Assembly: GCF_009914755.1 (NCBI RefSeq)
Contig: NC_060933.1
DNA from: the human T2T-CHM13v2.0 reference genome, Homo sapiens
Direction: 5' to 3' (one strand)
DNA: 64,000 bases
The position numbers and the translations under genes are program-made. The notes beneath the pieces were generated by a model, which worked only from the letters and a program-made list of their open reading frames with translations, had not been told where the DNA came from and did not search any database. Position 1 is the first letter of the stretch; every line of letters begins with the position of its first letter. This document shows positions 25,536 to 39,314 of this stretch, piece by piece.

Positions 25536-26974
25536 TTAGGGTTCTATTTCCAATAATTTGCTTTCCCTGAAAGGGGCATCCCTTCTACTTTTAGTATAGA
25601 GATGGTTCATAAAGCCTAGAACAGCAAACTGTCATTTAGAATCAATTATAAGAAGTCCCATTTGTGGTTGTAGTTGTTTTCCTCTTTGCAACAAATAAAG
25701 ACTTTTACCATCTGTAAAGAATGCTTTTTTCCAGCTGGTTTTATCTGGACCTAAAACATCAGCTGGTCATTATTTGAAGAGAACCCGGGAAGAATGAATG
25801 CACTCAGATGACATGGTATTTGCATATTCCTTTTCAGGGTTTCTTGTCATGCTGAGGATGGTGGATGTCATAGTTCGCCACCCCTCCCATTGGCTTAGCC
25901 CTCCAAGCTCATTCTATGCCATTTACAGGTTTCACAAAAGGCTGATAATGACCTATGTTACTTATCCATCAAGAGCTATGAACCAGAAGCTTCCTGCCCC
26001 CATTCACCCCTTCCTGGAGCAAGAAGGGCAGCATGGTTAGGTCAGCCAATCAGAGTAATGAGGCTCTCCTGCTTGGCAAAGTGAGATTAATCTAAATCAA
26101 ATACTTTCCACCTTGGCAATTTTAACTAATTCCCTCAGGAAAGTACAAGAGCTACTGAAACCCCTACAGTCTTTGCAAACCTCCTGGTAAGGCAAGGCAG
26201 GTAATACCTTTTAAGCTTGTTAATGTCTTATCCCGCTGCGTTCTACAACTGACTCAAAGAATAGCTGTGACTCCTCAAACCAGAATTACAAGGAAATGCA
26301 GCTTTCAGGGAGGAAGACCAAAAGTCCAGAGCTACACAGCGGATGGCTTTATTCTGTGGTGATAGCTCCTCAACTGCCTTGATTAAACTGCTTCCCACAT
26401 TGTCTTTCTGCCTCTGTCCCAGTAATCATCAGAGAATCTAAGCTGCCAGGATTCGAGGGCTGCTCTCAGATAGTCAGGCTGCAGATTAGAGAGGCTTCCT
26501 TTTTCCCCAAACACATATGCTTTCCCATGCGCAGTCTGCAGGGACAGCGCCAAGAGGTGGTCTGGGTAGAGAGCAGCTCAGGTGTGTCAGAGATCCTGGG
26601 AGCTTAGGGAGCCTCACTCCTCTAGGGCAGTAACAGTGTGAACACCTGAGGCTCACTCAACAGGAAGGGTTCCCTGGATAACATAGCAGGGCTTCTCAGA
26701 GGACCTCTCCCTTCCACCTTCAGCAAAAGAAAAGGTCTTGCTTAATGCAGGCACAGCTTACTTGGTTTATCAAACAGAAGCTGCAGTGGAAACAGACTAT
26801 AAAGTTTTTATTTGACTTTGTGTGCACTGACCTAGGACTTTTCCCTGAAATTTTCCTCTAACTTTTTAGTGGGAATAAATTGTCAACAGTGGTAAAAAGA
26901 AAAGTGCCTTTGCACGCAGAACAAGGTATTTATCCACAAGCCTTTGAAGATTTTTGTTTGTTGGGTTTTCTTTT

Positions 26975-27210
26975 TTCCATTTTTGTTTTTAAAGTCAGGT
27001 TTATTGAGTTATAATTTACATACGGTAAAATCCATCCTTTTAGATGTACAGTTCTATGACTTTTGACATGAATGCCAGCACAATCAAGACATAGAAAATG
27101 TTCACTAACCCCCAAAATCTCTGACAATCCTTTGTAGTCAAACTTCACCATCCCCAAGCCCAATCTTGGGCAACCATTGATCTTATTTCTGTCCCTACAG
27201 TGTTATCTTT
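26975..27210 (-). mobile_element. L1M 3' end fragment
   Basis: 'tttattgagttataatttacatacggtaaaatccatcc...gtacagttctatgacttttgaca'. Confidence 0.8.
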
Positions 27211-27294
27211 AGTCCGGAGAGGTTTATTTTAAATTTTTTTTTTTTTTTTTTTGACAACAGAAAAGCCCTCCTTTTTCACAGTAAGGAGGTCCAA

Positions 27295-27450
27295 TTAGTG
27301 TAATAAGATGTAGTCAAGAGGGCCACTCTGGAGTCAGAAAAATGCAGGTTTCAATCCTGGCTCTGCCCCTTGCTCACACTGATTTGAGATATATTACTTC
27401 ATTTAGCCAAGCCTCAGTTTTCTCATCTGTTAAATGGCATAACAATAATC
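27295..27450 (+). mobile_element. MIR
   Basis: 'ctctggagtcaga' and 'gcctcagttttctcatctgttaaatgg'. Confidence 0.8.
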
Positions 27451-27528
27451 AGCAACAGTTATTGAATACTACATTATTTGGTAGACTTGTTTAAATCTCT
27501 GTGAGATGCCACCTTACTGATACAATGA

Positions 27529-27868
<340 letters not shown>

Positions 27869-30029
27869 ACTTTCCACTTTCTAATATGGACAGTAGTCTC
27901 TCCATAGGTTACGGCAGTAATCTTCCTGTCCACATCCACATTACAGGGTGGGGTAGGGATCCCCAGTCACACAAGTTTGATCCTCCCAATACCTATCAGA
28001 GTACATAACAGCTATGCAGAGCACACACATTAAATAAGGGAAAATTTAACATGGTACTGAAAAATAAACACATCCACATTTGTTGCTACATATGTAGGTA
28101 TTCATAAATGATTTACATTAATGTCATGTGTTTTTAAAATTTACATAAGTGATATACTTTTTGCATCCTTTTGTGACTTTTTCCATTTAGTGTTTTTTTT
28201 TTTTTAAGTCTATCTATATTTGACTACTAAATTGTATTCCTTTTCATGGGTAAATCAGTCTATTTATCCATTCTGCTATCCAGAATGCCCATGTTTTTGC
28301 TGTAGACATTTCCTTGAATAGGAATAATATTCACCAAGTTAGGGACTGGTTTCCTTTGGAAAGCAAAGGAGAGAGGAGAAAAAGAGACAGGTAGGGGACT
28401 TTAGCTGTAGCCATAAATATTGTTTCTTTTTTTTTTTTTTAGGGGAATGCAGCTGTGGAGCAATCCATCTAGCAAATTGTTAATATCTGTCTGTTAATTT
28501 TGGGTGAAGAATTCATAAGTGTTCATTATTTCTCTATTCTATTTTAAATTATTTTATAATTAAATATAAAAAAATTAACACATACCAAAAAAACAATGGA
28601 TATGGTTCTATCCTGGAATTCATAATCTTTACTAATGGCACTGAACTTGTCCTATTGCATTTTTCATAAATAACAAAAAATTCCCACAATCAAGGTGAGA
28701 TACTTATGACATATACCTAGCTAGTTTGGTCATAAGAAGTCAAGAGTCAAGCTTTTCCCCAGTAAGTGCCACTCCATCAACCATGGTAGCTAGGCTCTGC
28801 CTGGTCTTCCTGTAAGAATCCAGTTGCATTTTTTCCTGTTGGTTTTGCTGTAGTTAGAAGCAGTGAGTTTGTGTGCTAAGAAATATACACAGGACTCCTC
28901 TAAAAATAACTAGATGAGTTTTGTGTATTTAAGAGAAAAGGGTTATGAGGCACCTAGTAATTCATCTGATCAAACTCTTCACTGTTAGCAGGATTTGGCT
29001 AATACAGGGCACCTAGGGAATAAGCATGCTTTTTCCTTCATTTCACTCATCTTTTACAAAATAAATCGAACTTGCCTTTGGACAGGAAATAGCTAAGCTT
29101 TGGAAATAGTTGTGAGGCTTATCCCATTCTTTCATTTTAATGACTTTCCCTGGTATTTAATCCCATCTTCCCCTTCTTCTGTGACAACACTTATTAGTAT
29201 GCTCTTCAGATAGCCGTGGAAACAAACAAGGCTATCAAAATACAGCTCACACCAAGTTCTCCGGGCTGAGGTGGCAAGTGGGCGTGTTTCCCTGCCCCCT
29301 TGTGGCTTGATTACAGAATTCCTGCTATGCTCACCCCCCACAGCTCATTACCTTGCCTCTTACATAACATGGGGAGAATGAGAGGGTTAAGATTCTGCTC
29401 TGCCACTTGCTGCAGAATAGATGGCTACTCTATTAGCGACCGGGCTTTATCATACTTGATAGCATTTGCTTCTTCAGGGACTGATGGCTCCAAAACACTT
29501 CTGATCAAGATGGCCTGAGAAGGTCTGAGGTTGTATTTTTCATGTGGAAAGACCAAGTGTGCAAAATAGGTAATGGGCTGGACCAGTAGTCACCTGAGAA
29601 TAGCCATGACTTTGGAAGGCAACCTTTCCATTGGAATTTGTGACATGATCTCCAAGATAAATCCTGCTTGTCAGAACCAACCAGTAATTATTTTGCAACA
29701 ATTGAGGTTAAATATTGTGAGCATGCCTATTAAGTGGGATTTTGAGCTGAGTGGGATGTGTAATACCATGTAGAGTGAAATAGAGCTTGCTATCATTAAG
29801 AAGTAAAGGGAAAATTTTAATGTTAAGCAAAGACCAAAGAAGATTTCATGGATCAACTGTCATGCAAGATCTTTAATACAGGGCAGAGAAAAGAGCAAAT
29901 CAGGGCAATAAATAGTTCTCAAACTGTGACAGTACTGAAAATCAATCAAGTGTGATTATCACTGAACTTAGTTCCTTGAAGTGTGCTTCCGAATTTCTCT
30001 TTGGCAAGAATGGGTTGCAAATGCAATCA

Positions 30030-30200
30030 CTGCCCTAGGATTTTAAAAAAATCACATATGTTGGGTCATTTCCATTTTACAGACGGAAATCTAAGTTACA
30101 AATGAATTGAGATTATTTGTTACAGATCTCATAGTAAATCAGTAGCAGAACAGCAAATAGAATCGAGAGTATTTTGTGCTTTAGATAAGAATTCTTGTCT
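30030..30200 (-). mobile_element. MIR fragment
   Basis: 'tccattttacagacggaaatctaag'. Confidence 0.6.
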
Positions 30201-31164
30201 CCAGAGCAGACTCTCTCTGTAGCCGTAATGAATTGCTTCATTGCTTCCTAATGCACCATGTGTCTTAGTCAACTTGTCCTTCTAGGCTCCTGGAAGCACC
30301 AGGTCACTGTGTCACAAGGCAATGTCAAAATGTCACAATGATATCAGCTGGGTGATGACAACAGGGATGCAAGCCAAGGGGTACAGAAACAAATCAACAC
30401 TTCTGTTGTGCAGCATATAGATGGCATTATTTTCCGTATCAATATACAAAAAAGCTGCTTGGGGATAACATAGAAACTAAAATTAAAAATGAATCTGTAC
30501 CTCCCATGGTAACATGGTTTATCATCTATTTGCTAGCCTCGGCTTTCCATCAGCCATTCATACTTGATTTATAGTTCGAAAACTGTAAAACAAAAGTAAA
30601 ACTGTGCTATTGCTAATATTCTAATTGTGCAGATACTGTTGCACAATAATCATGGCTCTTGACTTCTGCTTTATAGAAGTATAGTCAAATATATATGATA
30701 TGCAGAATCAGCACCAGTTTCTTTATATTTAAAATAAAGCTAAGATGGCCTAAGAAGCCAAAGTGTGTGTATTCTCAAATATGTATATGCATATGTGTAA
30801 ATGTATAATGTATGTATATATTTCATGAGGATAGTCCTTAGGAAAATAAAATACTAAGATGTATGAAAATAATAACTATTTTTTGGCTGGTTCCCTTTCC
30901 ATTCACCAAACTGAAATAGGTTTTCCTGATGAAGTTGGTAATCGGATATATAGATAAATTGAAAGATATAGATATATAGATGATATCTATTTCTTCATTG
31001 TTTGGGTTTCCCCATTCCCTTCTGCCTTACCATCTTGCTTTTCCTCACCTGGTGATGCCCTCACTCTGCCCCCTGGGCTTCCCCCATTCTGCTGCATTGC
31101 TCCATTGGGTCTCGATGACTATTGGCTTCTTACAGATTAGGGATAGTCAACAATGGCTCCGATG

Positions 31165-31335
31165 TAATGTTTTTGCAAATGTTTCTGTGGCCCACCTGGA
31201 TACACGGAATCATCTAGGATGCTTCCTAAAAACTGCTCATTAGTAGTAAGTACCCCAGACCTGCTGAAAGAGAGCTGTATTTAACAAGCCTCTTCGCTCT
31301 TCTTTTTATGCATGCTCAAGTTTGAAAACTACTTC
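31165..31335. mobile_element. MER5-like MITE, probably followed by other degenerate hAT fragments to about 31790
   Basis: 'gaatcatctagg...ccccagacctgctgaa...catgctcaagtttgaaaactact'. Confidence 0.6.
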
Positions 31336-31810
31336 CATAGAACAGTGATCCTCAGTAGTGCAGTGTGCTATCCCGGGAAGGAATAGGCAACTCATACATT
31401 AGGTTTGGTGGTGATGGTGATGGATGGTAGACTTCAAATTACCCCACACATACCAGTATAATATTTAAGCAGTATTCCTGCTGCAATGACTGAGGCTTGC
31501 TGCCAGAGAACTCACTATTAGTGATGGGAAGGCTTTCTTTCCTGTAGAAGTGTTGAAGTAAAAATATGATCAGAATTGTCTTTGGGTTTTATGATGCCCC
31601 TAAAAGCAAATAGGAAAAAATGACGTTGCATATTTAACTTATTTTTATGTTATAAAAATATTTAATTCTGTATGATAATATAGAAACACAACAAATTTCT
31701 TATGTAACTGATGTGATTAATAGATACCATAAATCTATTTCTAGTTAGATTCAACATAAGTTTAAGAGCCAAATATGTACACAAAATGCTGATGTTTGAA
31801 AATTGCTACT

Positions 31811-32254
31811 TTTGGTAGCCATGAAAATATATCACTCAAATCACAGAGCGTGATTGACTGAGAGCCCTTCTGGATCCACTATCATATTTGCACCAAAGCC
31901 ATGCTTCTCACAGGCTACTCCTAGCCAATGCCTGGACACAGAGTGAGTACCAAGGCAGGTCCATTCCAGGAAGATGCAGCGCTCATAGCAACTTGGACTC
32001 AGGGACTTCTCATTGACCTGACTGAATTACTCTTGGAACTAACTCCATTGCAGCCCATGACTCTTCCTACTCTGTATTCCTTTCTTGCCTCTCTCCTTTC
32101 ATAGCTGTCAGACCTGCACCATGGTCTCACTGATGGCTCCCTCTACCTCCTTTTCCTCCCTCTCACCATCTAATGTTATTCTCTCCCTCAACAAATCTCT
32201 TGCCCACTTAACCCTGTCTTCATATCTGCTTCTTGGCAGAGCCAAACTAACACA
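31811..32254 (+). mobile_element. LTR16 (LTR16C-like) ERVL solo LTR
   Basis: 'ggtagccatg', 'agccaatg', 'gtcagacctgcaccatggtc'; end 'aaatctcttgcc...tctgcttcttggcagagccaaactaacaca'. Confidence 0.82.
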
Positions 32255-33014
32255 CTACTATGCTTCACAGAAAGCACCTATCAGTTTACATTCTGTCCAC
32301 TCCATCAAACACACACACACCCCAACACCCCCTCCCCACACACACACCTCGATAGGTTGTTCACACTTTCCTCAAGCTACCTTAATTTATTTACTTACTC
32401 TCTTACTTACTAAATTTGAAATGAAACTTCCCCACTCACTTTGGATAATTGGTAACTATAGCAGTTGGAAAGATAATAAAGGGTAAATATGGAAGTGGCA
32501 TATCTGCTAAACAAGTCATTTTAAGAACGAGAGTTGCAAATTAATTATGCTAGCTAGTGGTGGGCTGTATCAGCGGTGTGATTGCACACTCTTTCTTATG
32601 GTATTTAATTCACCCATTTTATCCTGTTTTTTGCATATAAATTTTTAACTCAGAAAGAATGCCTTTGGGATAGCAGTGAGGAAAAAATAATATAATAGCT
32701 TCCCAATGCTAAGAAAAACAACCCCAGAATTTTTAGTTTTTCAAATCCTATTAAAATCTGAGTCCAATCTACCTTTTGGATATTATATTCCTGCTACCTT
32801 CCCACATGTGTTTTACATACCAGCCAAACCAGACAAATCACTCTGGAGCACTGGGTGGCATATTGGCGCCTAAGCCTTTGTTCATACTATTCCACCTATT
32901 GAGAAATTGTTGAGGCAGCCCATATCTTAACCAGCAATTCATACCTAACTTTTCCATCATGCCTTCCTTGATTATTCAAGCAGGAAATGACCCTTATATT
33001 CTTAAAGCAAATAC

Positions 33015-33195
33015 AGCACAGCACAGTTTATAAGCACAGATTCTGGAACTGGACTCTAGATTAAAATTTCAGCTTCAACCCTGTGTGATCTGGAGCAAGT
33101 CATCTCACCTTACTGAGCCTCAATGTCCTTGTCTGTTAAATGGAGAAGATAACAGTTTCAATAAGTGTTCATTTTGAAAATTAAATAAGTTATTA
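33015..33195 (+). mobile_element. MIR, inserted within L2 fragments (about 32800-33380)
   Basis: 'gagcctcaatgtccttgtctgttaaatggagaagataacag'; L2 end 'tgtaaactccttgagg...tgctcaatga' downstream. Confidence 0.7.
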
Positions 33196-34786
33196 ATTAT
33201 TATACTTACGATTTTGGTATAGGTTTAGCCCAAGTAGCCTTACAGTATAGTATAATTATTTGTCTATGGTATTTATCTCTCTGAGTAGTGTGTAAACTCC
33301 TTGAGGTTAGGCATTGTGTTTTTTCATCTCTCTCTCCACCACAGTTACATGTGAATGGTGGATGCTCAATGATTGTTATGTTTTGGTTTGGGGTAAGTGG
33401 ATGAAACACAGGTTGAATGAATTATGAATTCCAGCTTTCATATTTACTCTCACAACAGCTCATCCTATTTGGGGGCAAAAGTAACAAGAAGAGAAACTAT
33501 GTTATGAGGATAAATTAGAAATTTACCTTTAGGGGCAAAAGGCGCAACATACCTGGGCATAACTTACTGGAGTAGACTTTTGGGGAGCTTCCATTTTTCC
33601 TATTTTTAAGTGTCTGCTTATTACACTTTTCTATTATAGTAAAACACTTCAGGTAGGTCTTAAAACCAATACATTCCAATGCATACTCTGGTAGAGAAAG
33701 GACAGCTAAAGAGGTTGCCAACAAAGAAGATTCACAGGGAACCCTAAGATTTGGTGAAGCATGTAAAACCCAGAAGGCATCTCCAGCCAGAGGCTGAGTT
33801 GAGTCAAGCTAACACTGCTGGTCACTTTTCAGACTTCAGTTTATTACACTCAACTAATATCTGCCTCGCTCCTTTGAATTTACATCTAAAAACCAATTTT
33901 GGATGTTGTCCTCATTGTTAGCTAAAACATACTGATATATTTAAAATGTGAATCTCACATGAACACAATAATTATCTATGACTGGTAATAAAATGTCTGC
34001 AAGATTTTGTATGATTGTTTTTAATAGGTACACCTGATTTTTGTCCTAGACGAACATACCTCTAATTTGACCATGAAAATTAATGGTAAATGTGTTTTGA
34101 GACAGAATTTTGCTTAGCTTCTTTGTAGATACACTCTATTTCTGTACAGTGACTATCTGTAGGATAGAAAAGTGCTACTATGTTCCTAGAGTCTTTGTTT
34201 TCTCTACGTCATTTACAATTACTCTCATGGAAGGAAGGGGTAAACAGGCCTGCCTAGTTCCCATAATCCCTCAAGTAGCTATTAGGACACTGCCGGAGAA
34301 TAGTGCCCAAACTGGGGAAAGTCAGAAGAAAAACAAGTTGTGTTTTAATTGTTATTTGAAATAATAACCCTTTTAAAAATGCATATTGAACTCCATTCAT
34401 ATTGAGTTGCATCATTAATTTATCACATAAAGTAAAACTTGCTTAGGACATCCATGGATCTTTAAATTTATCCTATGTAAGGCATTCCATATCTTTGGTA
34501 CTCAGGTAGTAACAGGGAATATTTGTTTTCAGACCATTCTTTCATAAACATTCTTATGTTGTATAGAATGTGATGGTTAAACTATTAGGAGGGCACATTT
34601 TCTTCGTTATAGTTCATTTCAGTAGTCATTAGGATGTCTTAAATTGATGCCCCTATATATTTGTTTACTGGTATTTCAGTATAAAGCTCACATGATGCAA
34701 ATCCTTAGTTATAAACATTCCCTGTGCACCCATATAAGAGAAAGCAGGTGTTAGGTAACCTATATCCCAACTTTCTAGCTTCCTAA

Positions 34787-34862
34787 AACACTTAATATAT
34801 TGTAACACTTAATATATTGTTATTAAACACTTAATATATTGTATAAACACTTAATATATTGT
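34787..34862. repeat. Four perfect copies of the 17-bp unit AACACTTAATATATTGT (spacers 0, 5 and 3 nt)
   Basis: Copies start at 34787, 34804, 34826 and 34846. Confidence 0.95.
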
Positions 34863-35174
34863 AACAATCTCTTTGGAAACTGTGTTCCCTCAGGGTGGGG
34901 TCATTCACCTTTGCATTCACCTTTGCATTCACAGAGTGAGGTAGGTACATAATAAGTAATCAAGAAATATTTGTTAAAAGGAAGTTCTTGAAAGAATATA
35001 TTTTGTTGCTTTAAGGAAAAAAATTATGTGTAATGAATGGAATGCATGACTTCCTTTAGGAATACTGGCTGCGTGAGTATCTGGTATAATTTCTTCATAT
35101 CGCAATATGGCAATATGAAGAAGGCAGTTCCTAAAACATGTAGCAAAATGAATCTAAGGCTTTCAGATATAAAT

Positions 35175-35440
35175 GAATACTGGGTGTTCACTGCATACCA
35201 GACACTACACTAAGTGCTTTCCATGGATTATTTTGTTTACTCCACACAATCACCCACCCTACTGGTGCTATTATTACCCTCGGTTTACAAATGAGGAAGT
35301 TCAGGTAAAATGGAGTAATATTTTAAGTACTGTTTAGTACTTGCCCAACATCACACAGCTAATAAGTGACAGATTTTGATCTCAAAACAGGAAAGTCTGG
35401 TTTTATGGCCTGAGGTCTTAACCATTATGCCCTACTGACT
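35175..35440 (-). mobile_element. MIR
   Basis: 'ccagacactacactaagtgcttt', 'tttacaaatgaggaa', 'acttgcccaacatcacacagctaataag'. Confidence 0.85.
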
Positions 35441-35509
35441 TTTAAATAGACTCAGAAAATACATATTCTGCACAAGAAAACCAGACAGGAATCATGTACT
35501 TCAAAACCC

Positions 35510-35930
35510 ACTCCATTCATTCATTCAATAAAGATTTATCATGCACCTTCTCTGTTCAGTTTTTCAACAGTCCCTTGCTGGGCTTTCAAAGATGATGAGG
35601 AAAACAGCTTCCATCCTTGGCATGTCCACAGCCTTTTATGGGGGTGATTCAATATGGTGAGATTTGAACAAGGGACACTGAGGCCACCTTCAGGTTGTCA
35701 CTAGTTTACCCAGGTTGGCCTGGGGCTGCTTGGCAGAGGAATTAAGGGATAATCTTGGAGAATGAGCAGGAATTTTACCAGGGGCACAAGACTGGGAGTG
35801 TTCTAGAAGGACAACCAGTGGAAAGATACGGAGATGAGAAATATCAAAGCTGACATGTTTCTGGGATTGAAAAGGATATAGCAAAAACATAGAAGGTGAG
35901 CCGAAAAGGGTCATAAGTTTACCAAAAGCA
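35510..35930 (-). mobile_element. L2 3' end
   Basis: 'cattcattcattcaataaagatttat' is the antisense L2 tail. Confidence 0.6.
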
Positions 35931-36080
35931 TTATGCTCAGGCTCACACATTCTGTTTGTGGAGCTCAGGTGAAAAAGCTGGGCCTTCTAGTCAAATATCA
36001 TGCCAGCCAAACCTCCTGGCTTCAGCTGGGAGCAACCCAAGATAAAAACATGCTCATTCATCTATCAGAATGATAGAGTT

Positions 36081-36400
36081 GCTGGGTATGGTGGCTCATG
36101 CTTGTAATCTCAGCTCTTTGGGAGGCTGAGGCGGGCCGATCACTTGAGGTCAGGAGTTTGAGACCAGCCTGGCCAACATGGTGAAACCCCATCTCTACTA
36201 AAAAATACAAAAATTAGCCCGGCATGGTGATGCACGCCTGTAATCCCAGCCACTTGGGGAGTCTGAGGCATGAGAATCGCTTGAAGCCGGGAGGTGGAGG
36301 TTGCAGTGAGTCGAGATTGTGCCCCTGCACTCCAGCCTGGGTGACAAAGTGAGAGTCCATCTAAAAAGAAAAAAAAAGAAAGAAAAAGAAAGAAAAAGCA
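36081..36400 (+). mobile_element. AluS (Sx/Sz-like)
   Basis: 'gatcacttgaggtcaggagtttgagaccagcctggccaacatggtgaaacccc'; A/GAAA tail. Confidence 0.96.
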
Positions 36401-36407
36401 AAAAGGA

Positions 36408-36735
36408 TACAGTTTGCCTCTGCTATGTGCAGGGTATTGGTTCCAGGAACCCCACACATACCAGAATCTGTGGATACTCAAGTTCCTTATATATAATGGC
36501 ATAATATTTGCATATAACCTATGCACATCCTCCTGTATGTGCTCCAAATCAGCTCTAAATTACTTAGAATACTTAATACAATGTGAATGCTGTGTAAATA
36601 GTTGTTATTGGGTTTTAAAATTTTATATTTTGTTGTTGTATTGTTATTGTTTATTATTTTTTCAAATATTTTCCATCTGAGGTTAGTTGAACCTGATGGT
36701 GTAGAATCCACTAATACAGAGCAGAGGGAAATGTA
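36408..36735. mobile_element. MER2 (TcMar-Tigger MITE)
   Basis: TA-flanked; 'ttggttccagga', 'atttgcatataacctatgcacatcctcc'. Confidence 0.9.
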
Positions 36736-38599
36736 CACATTGTCCTCCCACAGAAATTTTACTTTCAGGTTTTACATTAGTTATGTAAAGAAATTTTAAT
36801 TCAGTGCACCAGTAATTCCTGGTTGACCAAGTAAAAGAAAAAAAAATCAGGCTTTATGTTGACACTTAAGATGATGGATGCTCCCCTTCTTTTTGAATAG
36901 TTTTGCCAGGCATGATTGATTTAATAATAGGTAGGTTTCATTTTAATACTAGTGACAACTGGGGGAAGAGTTGGCAAGGAGAATAAGAGAGTGGTACTCT
37001 CTAGCAGGTATTTAACAAAGACAGCCTGAAAATCAGTATTAATCCTTTGCTGGCAGCTGAAAATTTTAGACAACTTAAGCTGACGAATAGGCCATAATGT
37101 GTCAGTAGTGTTAGTCTATTCATTGGCTGGATCTTGCACTAGATGAGAACTCTTGTTGATTAAAAATCCATTCCAGGAATGCCATTGCACATGTTAAAGA
37201 GGTCTTATTTTCCCCTGGGACCAAAAATGTTCCTTCCTTTGCCTTTTCAGGCCTTTCTTTAATTTCATCAATTTCTGAACAGCCCTGTGACTTCCCTGTA
37301 GGTAAAATTCTTACAGTTATTTTCAAGCTCCAGGGCTACCTATCTCCATCCTACAGAACAGGTAGGTGGCTGCATGGAGCCCTCCCCACCCATAGAGTAC
37401 ATCTCCTGCACACACCAGACACAATCAACCCAAAGCTGTGAAAGCTGCAGAAAGCAGTCTTATAGAACCAATCAACCCTCAAATATGGCCCTACGGCAGG
37501 ATTTCTTGTCCTTATGTATAATGTTGGTGGAAGAGGTGTCACAAGAAAACTGTGAAGAAAATCAGGAAAGAAGAAACTGAACCTTCTGTATTTCATACCT
37601 AGTAAATGCAAGTCGAGGTCATTGCTGTAATTCAGTCTCTCTACTTTGGGGATCTGCAGGAGAAGAACTTAAGTTAGAACTGAGGCAGGCTAGTGTGGTA
37701 GAATGCTTGAAAAAGTGAACTTTGACCTAGACAATCTCTCCAAAAACAGGAATTTCTTATGGTTTTTACTTCTTACTTGCAACTGGTTAGTAAGAAGACT
37801 CATGCCTGAAGTATTCAAAACAACTGGGAAAGTGCAGAAGAGATTAAGACCACCTAGGTGAATGGTAAACAGGAGCTGCTTGAAGAAAGTGTCAGAATCT
37901 TTATGGCAATCCAGGGTTAAGTAGGCATCTCTATGGGAACTTCATGGTTGAGGAAGCATCCTCTTTTCTTAGAAGTGCTATGGTGTCTTCTGCTCAGTGT
38001 AGCATATTTGTTCAGGTATGTTCTCATAGCCTTGAAGTACATTAATGGAACATATATCTTTTTCCTCTGTTATCTCATCTCTTTCTATCATCTTTATAAA
38101 TTATGACAATGCCCAAGAACCTCAATTTACAAAATTGTCTTTTTCACACTACTGGTTGGAAAAGATTTAGAAAAATGGAAAGTTTTCCCCAAAGCCCCTT
38201 TTTTTAAGAAAGCGAGGAAATTCTCCACAACCTAATCCCCTATGAGACTCTCTAACGTTAGAGAAAGAATGAAATTAGATAATTTAAATTTCTAACAGTA
38301 TGTAACTGTAGGAGTCAGACTGTGACTTCTACCTCACATCCTACGAGCAGTGAATTCTTGGTGTCTCCCTCTTTCTATTCTACTGAACACAGGAAATTGA
38401 AAATGTCAATTAGAAAATCTTATGAAATTGGAAATCCGAAAACTAGATGGAAGCTTGATGTAATTACAGAACACCTCTTAAATGGGCCCATTGTTATCAG
38501 GCTTAGAAAATAGTGCAAAGTCAAAAGAATTGAACTCTTGTTCACTTTTTATGGTAATGTGTTCATGAAGCTAGATGCATTATATAGTTTTCTTGTTTG

Positions 38600-38760
38600 A
38601 CACTCATGACCCTTGAGATATTGGTGTTCTTATATCATGTCAGATGAGGTTATTGAAGTTACTGGGGCTCAGACAGGTAACATAACTGGTGAGTGAGATA
38701 ACATGAATGCATTCAGACATTCCTGATTCCACAGCTCATATGCTTTTCAAAGCACCATGT
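38600..38760 (-). mobile_element. MIR fragment
   Basis: 'cagatgagg...actggggctcagacaggtaacataact'. Confidence 0.55.
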
Positions 38761-38880
38761 TTTAAAAAAAGTTTAGCATATGATAAAGACAAAATAGATT
38801 GGGAAGTCCTCCTTGATGTTTTCTTTTCTTTCACATCTCACATTCAAACCTTTTGGCTGTGTCTACACACTTATATATAA

Positions 38881-39191
<311 letters not shown>

Positions 39192-39314
39192 ACCTCTCTT
39201 CTTCATTGTTGTTATCATACTACTGCAAGCCCTCAGCATTTCTTTCTTGAATTACACAATATCTTCCTAACTGGTCTCTCTGTGTCTACCCTTGGCAACA
39301 GAAACTTGCATGAA

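Noticed and set aside
32085-32486. 133-aa ORF
   Set aside because: Spans an LTR16 end and a CA-rich tract; starts at a non-ATG codon and has no coding signature.
34787-34862. CRISPR-like repeat/spacer pattern
   Set aside because: Spacers of only 0-5 nt, a 17-nt repeat, primate DNA and no cas genes; it is a minisatellite.
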